Part shown: piece after piece, positions 12,238 through 24,230 of the stretch
Position numbering within the stretch: position 1 is the stretch's first letter
Layout of the letters: every line of letters begins with the position of its first letter
Source of the DNA: Phoronis australis
Lineage: Eukaryota > Animalia > Phoronida
Direction: 5' to 3'
NCBI GenBank assembly: GCA_002633005.1
Contig: NMRA01000054.1
Location: 376,952 to 440,951 of the forward strand
DNA length: 64,000 bases
Notes under the pieces: generated by a model
Told to the model about the DNA's origin: nothing
Seen by the model: the letters and a program-made list of their open reading frames with translations, nothing else
Database searches by the model: none
Position numbers and translations under genes: made by a program

Positions 12238-12416
12238 TGTAAAAGCAAAATGTAAATCGACACATAACTGATTATCAGATATTTCTTGAAAATTAATTGT
12301 CTCGCTGTGTATATGTGGGTAAGAAACAGCACTTGACTGCTCCCTGCTTTACCAAAGTAATGACATGCATGTAGCTTTTAATTGGTGGCTGAAAATAAGT
12401 GGATTTATCATTTCAG

Positions 12417-12588
12417 TCCCATCGGTGAGGTGTTTCGCGCCCGCCTACGTCAGTTCCCAGCTCTGGTCAACTGTTGCACCATCGATTGGTTCAGTGAGTG
12501 GCCACAGGATGCGCTGGAATCAGTGGCTCTGCGCTTCCTCAACGACATCCCCGACCTGGAATGTACAGATGATGTCATGAACGGCTTG
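12417..12588 (+). CDS. DNAH1: Dynein heavy chain exon, AAA4
   Basis: tttcag|T CCC...TTG|gttagt; PIGEVFRARLRQFPALVNCCTIDWFSEWPQDAL. Confidence 0.96.
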
Positions 12589-12810
12589 GTTAGTGGTTCT
12601 GATTGTTGTAATAAATTCGGTGTTTGATTTTTTCTTCCCGTGTGTTGTTTGGTAATTGAGCCATGGCTCATCTGATTAAAATTTGTGTGGAAATCTTTCG
12701 TAATTAAGTGAAATACTGTCAGCTGTTAGAATAAGTCATGGTAGGTTTTGTTGATATCAACTCGTCGTTCTTGCCTGTGTTTCACATTTCTAATTTTCAC
12801 CCTTTTTCAG

Positions 12811-13002
12811 GTGTCTATGTGCCAGATTATTCACCAGTCGGTGCACAAGAACTCAGCCATGTTCTTGGCCGAGCTGTCTCGCCACAACTACGTGACCCCG
12901 ACTAGTTACCTGGAGTTGCTTGGTATTTTCTCCAAGTTGATTAGTATGAAGAAAGATGAACTGTTCGGGGCACGTAACCGCACCAAGACTGGCCTTGATA
13001 AG
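12811..13002 (+). CDS. DNAH1: Dynein heavy chain exon, end of AAA4 and start of stalk
   Basis: tttcag|GTG...AAG|gtgggt; RHNYVTPTSYLELL...RTKTGLDK. Confidence 0.96.
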
Positions 13003-14058
13003 GTGGGTTGGAATGAGAGGAATGCCTCTTTAGCTATGTTGTAGATTGTAACCACAAACTTCAATTGAAACTTGTCTTGCAAGTTAACCAAATACATGGC
13101 ACACTTTGAGTAATCTTATGAGTTTCATGTCATGTGATTGGTTAATTGTCCAGTCAAGTCTTGCAGTAAAATTTGGTGGTCATAAGTCTTGGCCAGAATT
13201 TAATATGAAATGCATTTTATACTTGGGCTCATTTAGTGAGTGTGGTGGCATGTCTGTTCTTTAACACTGAAAGAGTTTAATTACCAAAATTACCTTTTGT
13301 CTTCTTTTGAATGCGACATGTAATCAATTCTTACCAACTCTTGTTTTGTGACAGTTAAAATAAAATGGTATTAAATATTAAAATATTCCCCGCGTTTTGA
13401 GCAATGCGCTCTTTATCAAGGGTATGACACAGATACAGAACGCATCGCTCGAACCGTGTTGAATATTTTGACATATTTTAGTACCGATGCTCGTTTTATT
13501 TTTAATATTTTTACTATTTTATATTCTTATTCGTTGGTAACTGCATGACATTTCAGCATCTATTTGATTTATTTATTCATAACAAAATAAAATTCCACTT
13601 GTCTAGGATATTTTATGCTAAACATGTGAGGAATTTACTGCAAAATAATCAAATTGAGGAATATTTTCAAACAGTGCACTCTTGACTTGTTCTTTTTGTA
13701 TGACTCCACAAGAATATATATACTTGTTTTGTCAACAAAGTAGGTAGCTGACGTCTTTCATGGCTCAGCTGTAGGTGAAGGTCACTGCTGTTGCTGGTTA
13801 ACTTCTCAGTTAGGTATTCAGAAATTCTGTTAAGGATCACGCTGTAAACTTGTGATTGGTTAGAAATTACACAAGTCCATTTCGTCTGAAGATAATATTA
13901 CATCCAAAATGTCTGTTACATCTGAAAGTCTGTTACATCTGAAGAGGTTCCACTTCAAATGCCATGTATTTATTATGTTTGATGCTAACGTAATCATTTG
14001 ATCAAAGCAAAAGTCGTGATGTTCTATTCCTGACTCGCATGTTCTGCTCCGTCTTTAG

Positions 14059-14178
14059 TTACTGTCAACGGCTGAAGATGTCGCCAAGCTACAGGAAGAG
14101 CTAGAGACGATGGCGCCTCTCTTGGAGGAAGCTGTCAAAGAATCTGTTGTCACCATGGACCAGATTGCTGTGGACTCT
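14059..14178 (+). CDS. DNAH1: Dynein heavy chain exon, stalk coiled coil CC1
   Basis: ctttag|TTA...TCT|gtatgt; LLSTAEDVAKLQEELETMAPLLEEAVKESVVTMDQIAVDS. Confidence 0.93.
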
Positions 14179-14317
14179 GTATGTATTTAAACAGTATTCT
14201 TTGTGTTACAAGTTAAACTTGCTATTATAGCTCAACAATGTGGTTTTGTTTTTTGATAAAAAAATGGTGTTTATTGGATTTTTTGTGGTGTTCTAATGAT
14301 AACGTCTTCCCCTGTAG

Positions 14318-14443
14318 GCGGTGGCGGAGGAAACAAAGACGGTGGTACAGAAAGAAGAAGCTCAAGCAGCACAGAAGGCACGTGAGACGCAGGCCATAGC
14401 AGACGATGCGCAGAGAGATCTCAACGAAGCTCTGCCAGCTCTG
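14318..14443 (+). CDS. DNAH1: Dynein heavy chain exon, stalk CC1
   Basis: ctgtag|GCG...CTG|gtgaga; AVAEETKTVVQKEEAQAAQKARETQAIADDAQRDLNEALPAL. Confidence 0.94.
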
Positions 14444-14972
14444 GTGAGACACGGCTATTAACTAACCCCTTTTGCAATCCCAGTTGCAATTTAGCTATGG
14501 ATATTTATAGTCGACAGCTGCAATAATTGTGTAGTAAAAATGAGCTTCATTTATTTTTATTGGTACATAATCATAACTGCATCTGAATAAAGTCATTAAT
14601 TGTCTTTGCATTATGAGCAGCCAGTTTCGAATGAATCTTGAAAGTGGCACCTTGCAATTGTTCTCAGTGTAATTTGATTGTTGAGCATCAGATGTCAATG
14701 AGAGAATCACTTTTGTATCAAGCCTATATCATGTGGAATTGTCCTCTACTGTCTAATTAGTAAATGAAGACAGCTAAGCGAGTAAATTGATTTATTTTAA
14801 GGATAAAAGTGTGAAAGGTGTCTTATGCCCTGCAAAGAGTGAACCTGTCTGCGTAATTATTGAATGGTGAAGAACTAAAGCATAATAATCCAAGCGGGAT
14901 GTGCCTTAAGTTACTGTGATTGTTAAAGCTCTGCTTTGAAATCCCCACTACCAAATGCATCTCTGTTTATAG

Positions 14973-15122
14973 GACGCTGCTCTGGCCAGCCTGAAGTCAC
15001 TGAACAAGAATGATGTGGTGGAGGTAAGGGCCATGCAGCGGCCACCAGATGGCGTTAGGATGGTCATTGAGGCTGTCTGCATCATGAAAGGGATCAAGGC
15101 AAAGAAAGTTGCTGGAGACAAG
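14973..15122 (+). CDS. DNAH1: Dynein heavy chain exon, microtubule-binding domain
   Basis: ttatag|GAC...AAG|gtatgt; DAALASLKSLNKNDVVEVRAMQRPPDGVRMVIEAVCIMKGIKAKKVAGDK. Confidence 0.95.
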
Positions 15123-15443
15123 GTATGTTGTCTGTGGTTTAGATTGAAATAAGCCAAGTTTTACTCAGGATTTATCAATGTTTTTATTTTTAAGTATTGA
15201 AAGTTTTTCTCTTAAAAGCTGAGCATTGCCCATTGTGAAATAATTATCATAATTTGTTTGACAGGTGTGAAAGCTTTGAAATGTCAGAGCCGGCTCTGCA
15301 CATCTACTTGATAGTTATTTAGTACAAAATTAAAATATAGTGCAGAGACAAACAGTTTTTGTTAGAGAAAAGTCAGTGGACATGACTGTACTCGACGAGA
15401 ATACTTTTAAGCTGATTAAGGAAAATAGATATAGAAAGAAGTG

Positions 15444-16227
15444 TGTACTTAAACGTCTAAGCAAATTTCTTAATGTCAGTACTCTTAAGACATTTTACCA
15501 TTCTATTGTTCAGCCTCATATTGATTATTGTTTACTGGTTTGGGGGCATACTAGTGACACACTTGTCAGCAAAGTACAAGTAATTCAAAATGGAGCCGCC
15601 AGGGCTATCCTGGGTACTAGAATTAGGTACACCAGGGTCGATGACTTGTATTCCAAGCTGGGATTTATGAAAATAAGACAAAGAAATAAATATCTCTCTG
15701 CCTGTTGTATGTACAGAATGTATCAATGGCTTGGCTCCAGCATATCTCAGCTGAAAATTCAATAGCAATCAAGCTGTATATTCTACACGCTCTTCTGTCG
15801 CTGGAATAGTTTCTCTTAAAAAAATTAAAACCGAGACCGGCAAGAGATCTTTTATCTGTGCTGCTACTACAATATGGAATTCTATTAGCCCAGAAATTAA
15901 ACAGTCCAATTCAATAAATACTTTTAAACTTAATATTAAAAAGTGGCTGTAAGTTACCTAACCTTTTTATACACTACCTGTTTTAATCATGTCATTTTTT
16001 TCTCATTGTCATAAATACTCTCACTGTTTAGAGTCATTTTATCTCTCTTAGTTAAATTTTCACCATTGTTTGTCATTTATTTATTGTCTTAATTCTCAAC
16101 CTAATTGTTATTTTATTACTTCATTGTATTATGGTACTGTTTTTGTTGTTGAGGGCCCTCTTGGAAAGCAGTGCTATCACTGAAGAGGTCACCCTCGTTT
16201 TAAATAACACAATAAATAAATAAATAA
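15444..16227 (+). mobile_element. 5'-truncated non-LTR retrotransposon (CR1/L2/Crack-like), 3' end of ORF2 plus 3' UTR and tail
   Basis: Peptide ...TLKTFYHSIVQPHIDYCLLVWG...VQVIQNGAARAIL..., then a frameshift to ...GKRSFICAATTIWNSI...FKLNIKKWL* (stop about 15950). A stem-loop-like GAGGG...CCCTC precedes a (TAAA)n tail. Possible 5-bp TSD AAGTG at 15439-15443 and 16226-16230. Confidence 0.85.
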
Positions 16228-16291
16228 GTGGCTGAAAGTCCACCTCACTTGACTGAAACTTGAGCACGTTCCACTCTTGTGTCCACCACAG

Positions 16292-16465
16292 CCGGGCCAG
16301 AAGATTGATGACTACTGGGAGCCTGGCAAGGCCTTGCTCACCGACCCTGGCAAGTTCCTGGAAGGCTTGTTCAAGTATGACAAAGACAACATCCCTGATG
16401 CTGCCATCAACAAGATTCAGCCATACATCGACAATGAGGCTTTCCAGCCAGCCAATATCGCCAAG
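16292..16465 (+). CDS. DNAH1: Dynein heavy chain exon, microtubule-binding domain
   Basis: ccacag|CCG...AAG|gtaaaa; PGQKIDDYWEPGKALLTDPGKFLEGLFKYDKDNIPDAAINKIQPYIDNEAFQPANIAK. Confidence 0.96.
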
Positions 16466-16772
16466 GTAAAATTACTAATCATTTCCTTTAGTTGGAATAT
16501 GCTCATTTTAGAAAAAAGTGAAAAGAATGTTACTAGTTATTTTTTCTTTGGAAGAATAGGAAATCAGATAGAAGCCTTCACAGAGAAAGCTTATTGTGCA
16601 CATCAGTTGTCTGTGCCCTTTCTAAGTTTGGTGACAAAAGTCAGAGAAACTCCTGCTGACCAGTCGCTGGATTGGAAATATTTCAAGTTGTCTTGGGTTG
16701 TCTGTACTCACATTTTCCTGTTTGTATTGGAGGCGACTTTTTCATTGATTTGTCTTCAACACTCCTTTTCAG

Positions 16773-16904
16773 GTGTCCAAGGCGTGTACATCTATCTGCC
16801 AGTGGGTCCGTGCTATGCACAAATACCACTTTGTTGCTAAGGGTGTGGCACCAAAGCGCGAGGCGCTCCGCTTAGCTTCACTGGAACTTCAGGAGACCCA
16901 AAAG
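16773..16904 (+). CDS. DNAH1: Dynein heavy chain exon, MTBD and CC2
   Basis: tttcag|GTG...AAG|gtgtgt; VSKACTSICQWVRAMHKYHFVAKGVAPKREALRLASLELQETQK. Confidence 0.95.
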
Positions 16905-17491
16905 GTGTGTGTGTTTTACTTGACTGTCCTCCGATGATTTTTCATACTGTATGTAAGCTTGCTGGACAGAACGGACCTTTGAGGCAACTACTGCACATTC
17001 TGTGTGACGTCACGAGAACGTCCTTACTCTACATCAAATTTTTTTAGATGAAGGTTTTCGAAGTAGACAATTTTTTGAGAAACTTTCAAGAGGTTAGTCA
17101 AGGCTTACACAGCAAATCTGTCTGTTTTTTTGTTTTTGTCTGATTTTTTGCACAATGCTGGATGTACGTCTTGTTAGATTAAACTGAAATTTGTGCATAA
17201 TGCCACGAGATACAATAGTTTGTAGATAGTTTCATGAATTCAAATTTCTTTGGAGTCTTGACGAGTTTTGATTACATGTTTGTTATATTTGTGTGTGGTG
17301 GGTCTCAAATTTTAGTTAGGCTTGGCTTGACCTTTTGTTCCAGTTTGTTTTATTATCTCTTCAGCTGCCCATTATTGATATTTTAGTCATCATCATCATT
17401 TTTGTTAATTAGTTGTGCAATGTTTCTAATATAATCATTTGAATTTCATACATAATTATTGATGAACTTGTGACATATTGACTTATGAGCA

Positions 17492-17654
17492 TTGGTGAGG
17501 GTATCCACTATTGTGAGGGTATCCACTATGGCGAGGGTATCCACTATGGCGAGGGTATCCACTATGGTGAGGGTATCCACTATGGTGAGGGTATCCACTA
17601 TGGTGAGGGTATCCACTATGGTGAGGGTATCCACTATGGTGAGGGTATCCACTA
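17492..17654. repeat. Intronic minisatellite, 18-bp unit, about 9 copies
   Basis: ATGGYGAGGGTATCCACT tandem copies. Confidence 0.95.
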
Positions 17655-17993
17655 GGATTAAGAATGAGGTGCTGGTTAGTGACACGTTTGGATTATGATC
17701 CGAGGATGGAAGGGGTGGTTATGTCAAAATCTTGTTTTTTATTACACACCCGTATGTACATATATCCTGGATCTGTCTCTTTATCTTCCAAATGGATAGA
17801 GCTTCGTGAAATTCTGCACACATGTTTGTATCAAAGAGAGGATGGTAAATGCTGGTGGATGTATGTAGTATTTTTTTTTTTTTGGAATTCTGCATCTTAG
17901 GAGTTCAATAAGTTATGAGCAAATCAAGCCTCAAACCGATACAACTGTGCTGCCACATTACAGAATGTTCAAACACTATGTTGCATTTTGTAG

Positions 17994-18272
17994 ATTCTAG
18001 ATGCGGCCAAGGCACGCCTCAATGAGGTGGAGGAGGGTATTCAAACCCTTCAGGCCAAGTACGATGACTGTGTGCGCAAGAAGGAAGAGCTGGAGTTCAA
18101 AACCAAAGAGTGCGAGGCTAGACTCGTCCGTGCAGACAAGCTGATTGGAGGACTGGCCGACGAAAAGGACAGGTGGAAAGAGTCAGTGGCCAGTCTGACC
18201 TACATGGTGGATAATGTGGTTGGAGACGTATTGGTGTCGTCTGGCTGTATTGCTTACCTTGGCCCATTCACT
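17994..18272 (+). CDS. DNAH1: Dynein heavy chain exon, stalk CC2
   Basis: ttgtag|ATT...ACT|gtgagt; ILDAAKARLNEVEEG...RADKLIGGLADEKDRW...GDVLVSSGCIAYLGPFT. Confidence 0.96.
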
Positions 18273-18838
18273 GTGAGTAGTTGTAAACTGTTCAGAATAT
18301 TAATAGCACAGCATTAGGAAGTTATGTTGAAATAAGAAATCCATGGTCAATCAACTTGAATCATGTGCTAGTAATGCCACCTTGTGGCAAAGTAAGAAAT
18401 CCATGGTCAATCAACTTGAATCAGCTGCTAACGCCAAATTTTGACAAGCTCAGAAAATAGAGGTATCGAGGTGCCAGGTTGTCATTTTAAGCTGTCAGTG
18501 AGCTTTATTTTCATTTTAATTTATTTTATGTTGCTGTAGGCTCACTTTTAAGTTGTATGATTTTAAGTCTACCCAATAGCTCAAATTAGTCCGACTTGTA
18601 TAATATATGTAGTCATATATACATTCATGCGTTTCATGGTCAATGTTTTTTAGACCTTTACTTGTAATGTCCATCAAGATAACGTTAAAAAGCATAGCAC
18701 ATTCTAATCAAAAAACATTTGATTTCCCATTTTATGGTCTTATTTGTGTTTATAGAGGCAGGCGATCAATGGCGTTATCCTTAAAATGTTTTGTTTAGAT
18801 TCCATGTGCCTAATCCTACTCTTCTTTCTTTTTACTAG

Positions 18839-19084
18839 GGTGAATATCGTATCAAGATGGTAACTGAGTGGATCAGCGAGCTCATCAACAAGAATGTGCC
18901 GCACACCAAAGACCCCAATCTGACATCCACCCTGAGCGACCCGGTCAAGATCCGTAGTTGGCAGATTGCTGGCCTGCCCAAGGACCAGCTGTCAGTGGAG
19001 AATGGGGTTATTGTCCAGTATTCAAGACGATGGCCGCTCTTCATTGATCCCCAGGGTCAAGCCAACAAATGGGTCAAGAATCTG
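18839..19084 (+). CDS. DNAH1: Dynein heavy chain exon, AAA5
   Basis: tactag|GGT...CTG|gtgggt; IRSWQIAGLPKDQLSVENGVIVQYSRRWPLFIDPQGQANKWVKNL. Confidence 0.96.
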
Positions 19085-19153
19085 GTGGGTTGAGATGAGG
19101 ATTTAATGCATTTGGATAAAACGCAATACCGGCACTTTGCTTAGAGACACCTT

Positions 19154-19436
19154 TGGAACCCGTTTTATGAAAAATGACATAGGACTTAAGACAGAAATTT
19201 GGTACTGTTTGGTACTTCACAATTGCTGAATAAAGGTTTGGTCAAACAATTACGAGTGCATCACATTCTAGAAATGATTTATAGAAATTATCTCTCTAAC
19301 TAACGATTATTTTTACATTCTCAGAGACTGTGTTTTTGCGCAAGCGAGATTTAATTATATTCAAAAATAGTTATGTGGAGCATAAGACCAAATTTGTGAC
19401 TTAAGTCTTAAATCACATTGCATGAAACAGATCCCA
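19154..19436. mobile_element. MITE with about 50-bp imperfect terminal inverted repeats (PIF/Harbinger-like ends, tentative)
   Basis: Left end TGGAACCCGTTTTATGAAAAATGACATAGGACTTAAGACAGAAATTTGGT; reverse complement of right end TGGGATCTGTTTCATGCAATGTGATTTAAGACTTAAGTCACAAATTTGGT. Confidence 0.7.
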
Positions 19437-19918
19437 GGCTCGCTTTTGTTCTCTCTTATGTGCTGTTGCTGATATTTTCACCGTTTTGGTAACAGCATCT
19501 GTTATTGGAGTAATGTATTTGTACAAAGAGATTATAAAAGATAGTGATGAAACTGATAAATAATTTTGCCATGGGAAGGATATACAGTATGCAGCACTCT
19601 AGTAAAGGTAGAAGAGCAAGTGTGGTTACCGTAATAGTCATTTACAGGAGTTTGGAATTTTTGAGAATCAGTTTTCTCTGCTAAATAATGTGCTTTCAAA
19701 CTAGTTCTCAAAATCTGGGTCCCCTGTAACTATTGTCCGATGATGTAACTTTGATTACTAATTTCACAGGCAATACTGCATCTCTTTGCAGAGGGATCTT
19801 AGTTTTAGGTCTCTTTCATGTTCTTGAACTTACAGTAATATATGAGTTTACACCTTGAATATTTAACAGTATTTTTAGCTTCATATTTCATTTTTGGTTG
19901 TGACATTTTGGTTTACAG

Positions 19919-20068
19919 GAGCGAGATAATGGCATTGATGTCATCAAGCTGTCTGACCGCGACTTCTTGAGAAGTCTGGAGAACGCTGTTCGTTTTGGTA
20001 AACCTTGCTTATTGGAGAACGTTGGTGAAGAGTTGGACCCTGCTTTAGAACCAATCTTGCTCAGACAG
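19919..20068 (+). CDS. DNAH1: Dynein heavy chain exon, AAA5 (absent from ORF track)
   Basis: ttacag|GAG...CAG|gtaagg; [50 protein letters not shown]. Confidence 0.96.
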
Positions 20069-20475
20069 GTAAGGGTTTGTACAAGTCTTTATAGGGATAG
20101 CAGTCACTGGTAGCGCATTCGAGAGGCATTAAAGATGTGCTAGACTTGTAGTTTACTGATGTATTATGATTAAATATTGCAAGATTTCTTGTCATTTTTC
20201 TAATAGTCTAATCATGACTTCAACTTCTGTCATTTCATAATTTAGTCTTTTCACACACAAGTGCTCAGTTCAATCTGAAAGCTTCCACAATTGACCTGTT
20301 CCTCTACATAATTTAAAATTTTCATTTTACAAAAATGGTCAGAGAGGAATGTTTCACTTTCTGCAGTGTGGGTTAGTGTTTGGTCAAACTAATTAGTCGG
20401 GCAGCCGCCATACTGGAAGAAAGACAAGTCATTGACAAATTGTTTGTCAACTACTGTTACTGTTACATTTTGTAG

Positions 20476-20636
20476 ACGTACAAGATGTCTGGCAGTATAG
20501 TGATTAAACTAGGGGATGCTGTGATCCCTTACCATGACGATTTCAAGTTCTACATCACCACCAAGCTACCCAACCCCCACTACACTCCTGAGGTGTCAAC
20601 TAAGGTCACTCTAGTCAACTTTACTCTTTCACCAAG
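20476..20636 (+). CDS. DNAH1: Dynein heavy chain exon, AAA5 (absent from ORF track)
   Basis: ttgtag|ACG...AG|gtaaga; TYKMSGSIVIKLGDAVIPYHDDFKFYITTKLPNPHYTPEVSTKVTLVNFTLSP. Confidence 0.96.
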
Positions 20637-21248
20637 GTAAGATTGGTTGCTTTTATTGTTTACTTAATGGATGCATTTTAAATATAATTTTTGTTATGTT
20701 TATTGAGTACCATAATCAGTTAGTTAAATAAATGTTGTTCTGATTGTTTTATTTATATATTAGATAATGGTTAAAATTTGGTATCATTTTGTGAACTATA
20801 ATCTTAATCCTGGCATTGTCCATTGCTTGGCAGCCGTAATTGCTGACTTGGATGTCCTTGTTCACTAAAAAATTGCTTATAGCCATTAAGTTTCTGTTTT
20901 AATCTGTCTTATGTTTGAAATGGTGCAGGATAGTGTATAAACGCTTGTCTGCTGGTGCCTTTGTTTTTTACAGAGTGTCATGTAATATGAAATACATTTT
21001 AAAGTGGTGAACACAATCAACTCTTTTCTTTGCGCCTCAATCTTACCGAGGTGCTGGTTGTTTGTGACTTAAAACTGGAAGTATAACACGCACATTTTGC
21101 ACAAAGCGAAGTTCTAACACAATCGCTTATCATTAAGAGAACTACAACATAATTGTTCTAGTCTATTGACTTATATTCTCGGGGCTGTACAAGGGTTCTC
21201 CTCTGTAGAACTTTTCACCACATCGCCTAGTGTTTTTCCTATTTGCAG

Positions 21249-21474
21249 TGGACTGGAAGATCAGTTGCTAGGCACTGTGGTTGCCGAGGAGCGACCCGAT
21301 CTTGAGGAGGCCAAGAACCAGCTGATTGTGAGCAATGCCAAGATGAAGGCGGAACTGAAGGAGATCGAGAACCAAATCCTGCACAGACTCAGCTCTTCAG
21401 AGGGCAGTCCAGTCGATGATATCGACCTAATCAACGTGTTGGAGGCTTCCAAGATCAAGTCTGTTGAGATCAGT
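21249..21474 (+). CDS. DNAH1: Dynein heavy chain exon, AAA5 and strut/buttress
   Basis: ttgcag|T GGA...AGT|gtacgg; GLEDQLLGTVVAEERPDLEEAKNQLIVSNAKMKAELKEIENQILHRLSSSEG. Confidence 0.95.
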
Positions 21475-21830
21475 GTACGGTGCACCATAGTTATAAACTA
21501 CTGTTACTGCTTAGTCTTGTTTCAAACTAGTTATGTTTGGATTTTGCCAGAACTACACATGTTGTTGCATTTTGACCAAATTCAAAATGATAGAAAAATA
21601 ATGTACAAATGTTGCAAACCCTTTATTTAAGAAGTATTATTATGTCCGATTGATTTTGATATATGCCATACATTTTTGTATGTACTTTCATTGGAACGTA
21701 ACGGTTAAGAATTATTGCGACACAGCATCCTGGTTGGGCAATGTTGTGGCTTAAAAAACAACAACTTGAAGAACCTATCCCAGTTGGGAGCATTTTTCAT
21801 ATTTACCTTAAGTTTCCTTCTCACTCTCAG

Positions 21831-22026
21831 TCTAAGGTCGCAATTGCTGAGCAGACGGAAAAGGACATTGATGAGACTCGGTCCAAGTACGTGCCCGTAG
21901 CAGTCAACACACAGATCCTGTTCTTCTGTGTGGCTGACCTGGCAACCATTGACCCCATGTACCAGTACTCACTGGAGTGGTTTATCAACATCTTCCTTAA
22001 TGGTATCGCCAATGCAGAGAGATCAG
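21831..22026 (+). CDS. DNAH1: Dynein heavy chain exon
   Basis: tctcag|TCT...TCA G|gtaggt; SKVAIAEQTEKDIDETRSKYVPVAVNTQILFFCVADLATIDPMYQYSLEWF. Confidence 0.96.
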
Positions 22027-24078
22027 GTAGGTTGACTGTGCTAGTGGGTGGTCTTTGTTGAACGTCTGCCAACAAATATCCGGTATTTGTATGATGTGTT
22101 CGAGTATTGGTCTGATTTAAGGTTATGTAGGGTCCTGGAAAAACGTCCAAATTTGGATAACTTGGGAGCATCGTATCTGGTTGTTGGTATCTGTATGAAA
22201 CTTTCGGATGCTGTTTTATGCACTGATCTTGAAAAAGCTTTGGCAATTGTATTAAATAGATCTGCTTTTGCATGAGAGGTTATCAAAAAGTTATAATTTT
22301 ATGATTTTTTTTGAAAAAATGAAAAATAGAAAATGAAATCATAAGACACCTGCAACAAATCTATGTCTGCGTGGAATTTTTTGTGTATCCTTTTTAATTT
22401 ATTGAAAAATTTACAATTTGCTGCGACAAAAGGTTGAAGGTTTATAACTCGTATGATGAAATTGTTAAAAGTTTGCACCATTTTGGAGACTAAGTGAAAG
22501 CCATTTGAAGTTTAGTCACTGCGCCAGTAGTTTCCACCCCGCAAAGATACGAGCTATAAGCAAGGTGGTTTCACATGTTTTGTGTTTGATAGAATTGTCT
22601 TATTGTAAGATTAAGTGGCTCCTGTTGGGCTTGCTTCATTAAACTTAAGTTTTCTTTCAAGTCTGTTTCACAGAGAAATGTCTCTCAGTGAAGCTGACGT
22701 AAAAACGTGGAGCACCACATGAATAGATGTGGGAGACAGTCTCTGGACCCCCTGGGATGTTTCAATTCACAGCATGCATTAGTGTTAGCTGTGTCTTTCG
22801 TCTTGTCTCGTTGTAATTTATTTTCCTGCCTTCGACATTTTTAAGGCCACTTGATAGATCGCGATTCAGAAAGTGAGTTACTGTTTCCTGCATTTAGGTT
22901 AATTACTGTATTCTGTCATGATTGGTTATTGTTGGCTTGTTGACATTCATTGTTGATTAAATGCTCACTAAACGTTGCTGTTTGATTTATGTTGTTTCAA
23001 TTGCTTGTCAATTCAACGATTTATGTTATTTCTGTAAATTCTCATATTAAGGCTCAAAGTCTGGGAGGTTGAAATACACAAATTAAGGTATACTTAGTAT
23101 GGTACCTTGAATTTCTTGCTGGTAAAGGGGACGGTATTGCAAGCAAGATGGCCCCACTCATGAGTATTTACCCTAACCAAATTTGTAAATTCTTTTTGAG
23201 ATGAATAATTTACGTAATTAAAGAAAATTATTGGAATTTTTTAGTAACCTATTAGCACTATTCAGAAACAATAGTTGAATTCTGTACTTCATGTTATGTT
23301 AAAGTTTGATTCAAGTTTTCGTTAGGTACTGAACATTTACTGGTTATCACTGGTACTGGCATGTCACAGTCCACGTGTAGAATGTCTCCCCAAGTAATGT
23401 TCCATGTTTATCAAGATTGAAGAAGTTCACATAATGTGTTATGATTGCTTTATAAAACAGTTATTGTTATGTTGTTCAGTGCTCTTAGTGGTTGTATGTG
23501 TGTGTAAAGTGTATCCGGTGATAAGCAAAACTTATTCTGTAAAACTGAGCTTTTCAGGCTACGAGTTTTGTTATTGTTAGTGCATGCCAGAAGCACTTCT
23601 TTAATATAGACAGTGATATTAACAGGATGCAACGAAAGTAGTTCTCAGACATGAAGTGGGAATAACCTTAGGCTGTTATAATGATTCTTGTTCAAACAAA
23701 TGAGATTGCTTAATGAGGCCATGGTCAGATGTACTTGAAGTCTCAGTGATTTATGTATGACTATTTAACCTGAGGAAAGAGTGAAAACCAAGAAATAGTA
23801 TGATTGAGATGCAGCCTCATTGACAAAAAAAATTTGTACTCAGTTTATGTATCCAATTTGTTTTCATGTGCCAACTTATGGGGGGTGCAGTTGTATCTGC
23901 TGCTTGATTGACTGTTGGGCAGAATTGCTTGGTCTAGGACCTGGTTCTGCTTCAGTATAAAATGTCAGGGGATTCTAAGTTTTGCTCGAATATCAGTTTA
24001 CACGTCTAATTATTTTAGTGGCTATTTTTTAATCTCCGTTCTTCGTGTATCATAATTTTAGCTGGGCTTTTATTTCAG

Positions 24079-24230
24079 ACAACCTGAACATCCGCATCAA
24101 AAATATCAATGACTACTTCACATTCAGCCTGTACAGCAACGTCTGCCGCAGTCTGTTTGAGAAACACAAGTTGTTGTTCGCCTTTCTCGTCTGCACACGT
24201 ATCTTGACATACGAGGGGAAGATTGATTTG
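24079..24230 (+). CDS. DNAH1: Last dynein heavy chain exon visible in the window (gene continues)
   Basis: tttcag|AC...TTG|gtaagt; NLNIRIKNINDYFTFSLYSNVCRSLFEKHKLLFAFLVCTRILTYEGKIDL; ends at a consensus donor, with AAA6 and the C-terminal domain still missing. Confidence 0.95.

Noticed and set aside
12050-12332. ORFs with periodic peptides (QQISLLSGQY, FKWTISTNLS)
   Set aside because: They are translations of the 30-bp minisatellite.
17446-17698. ORFs MVRVST / IVDTLT open on both strands
   Set aside because: The 18-bp tandem repeat happens to lack stops; no fitting splice sites, and the flanking dynein exons join in frame without it.
21827-22273. 148-aa and other minus-strand ORFs overlapping dynein exons
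   Set aside because: Antisense shadows of GC-richer coding exons with no recognisable domains.
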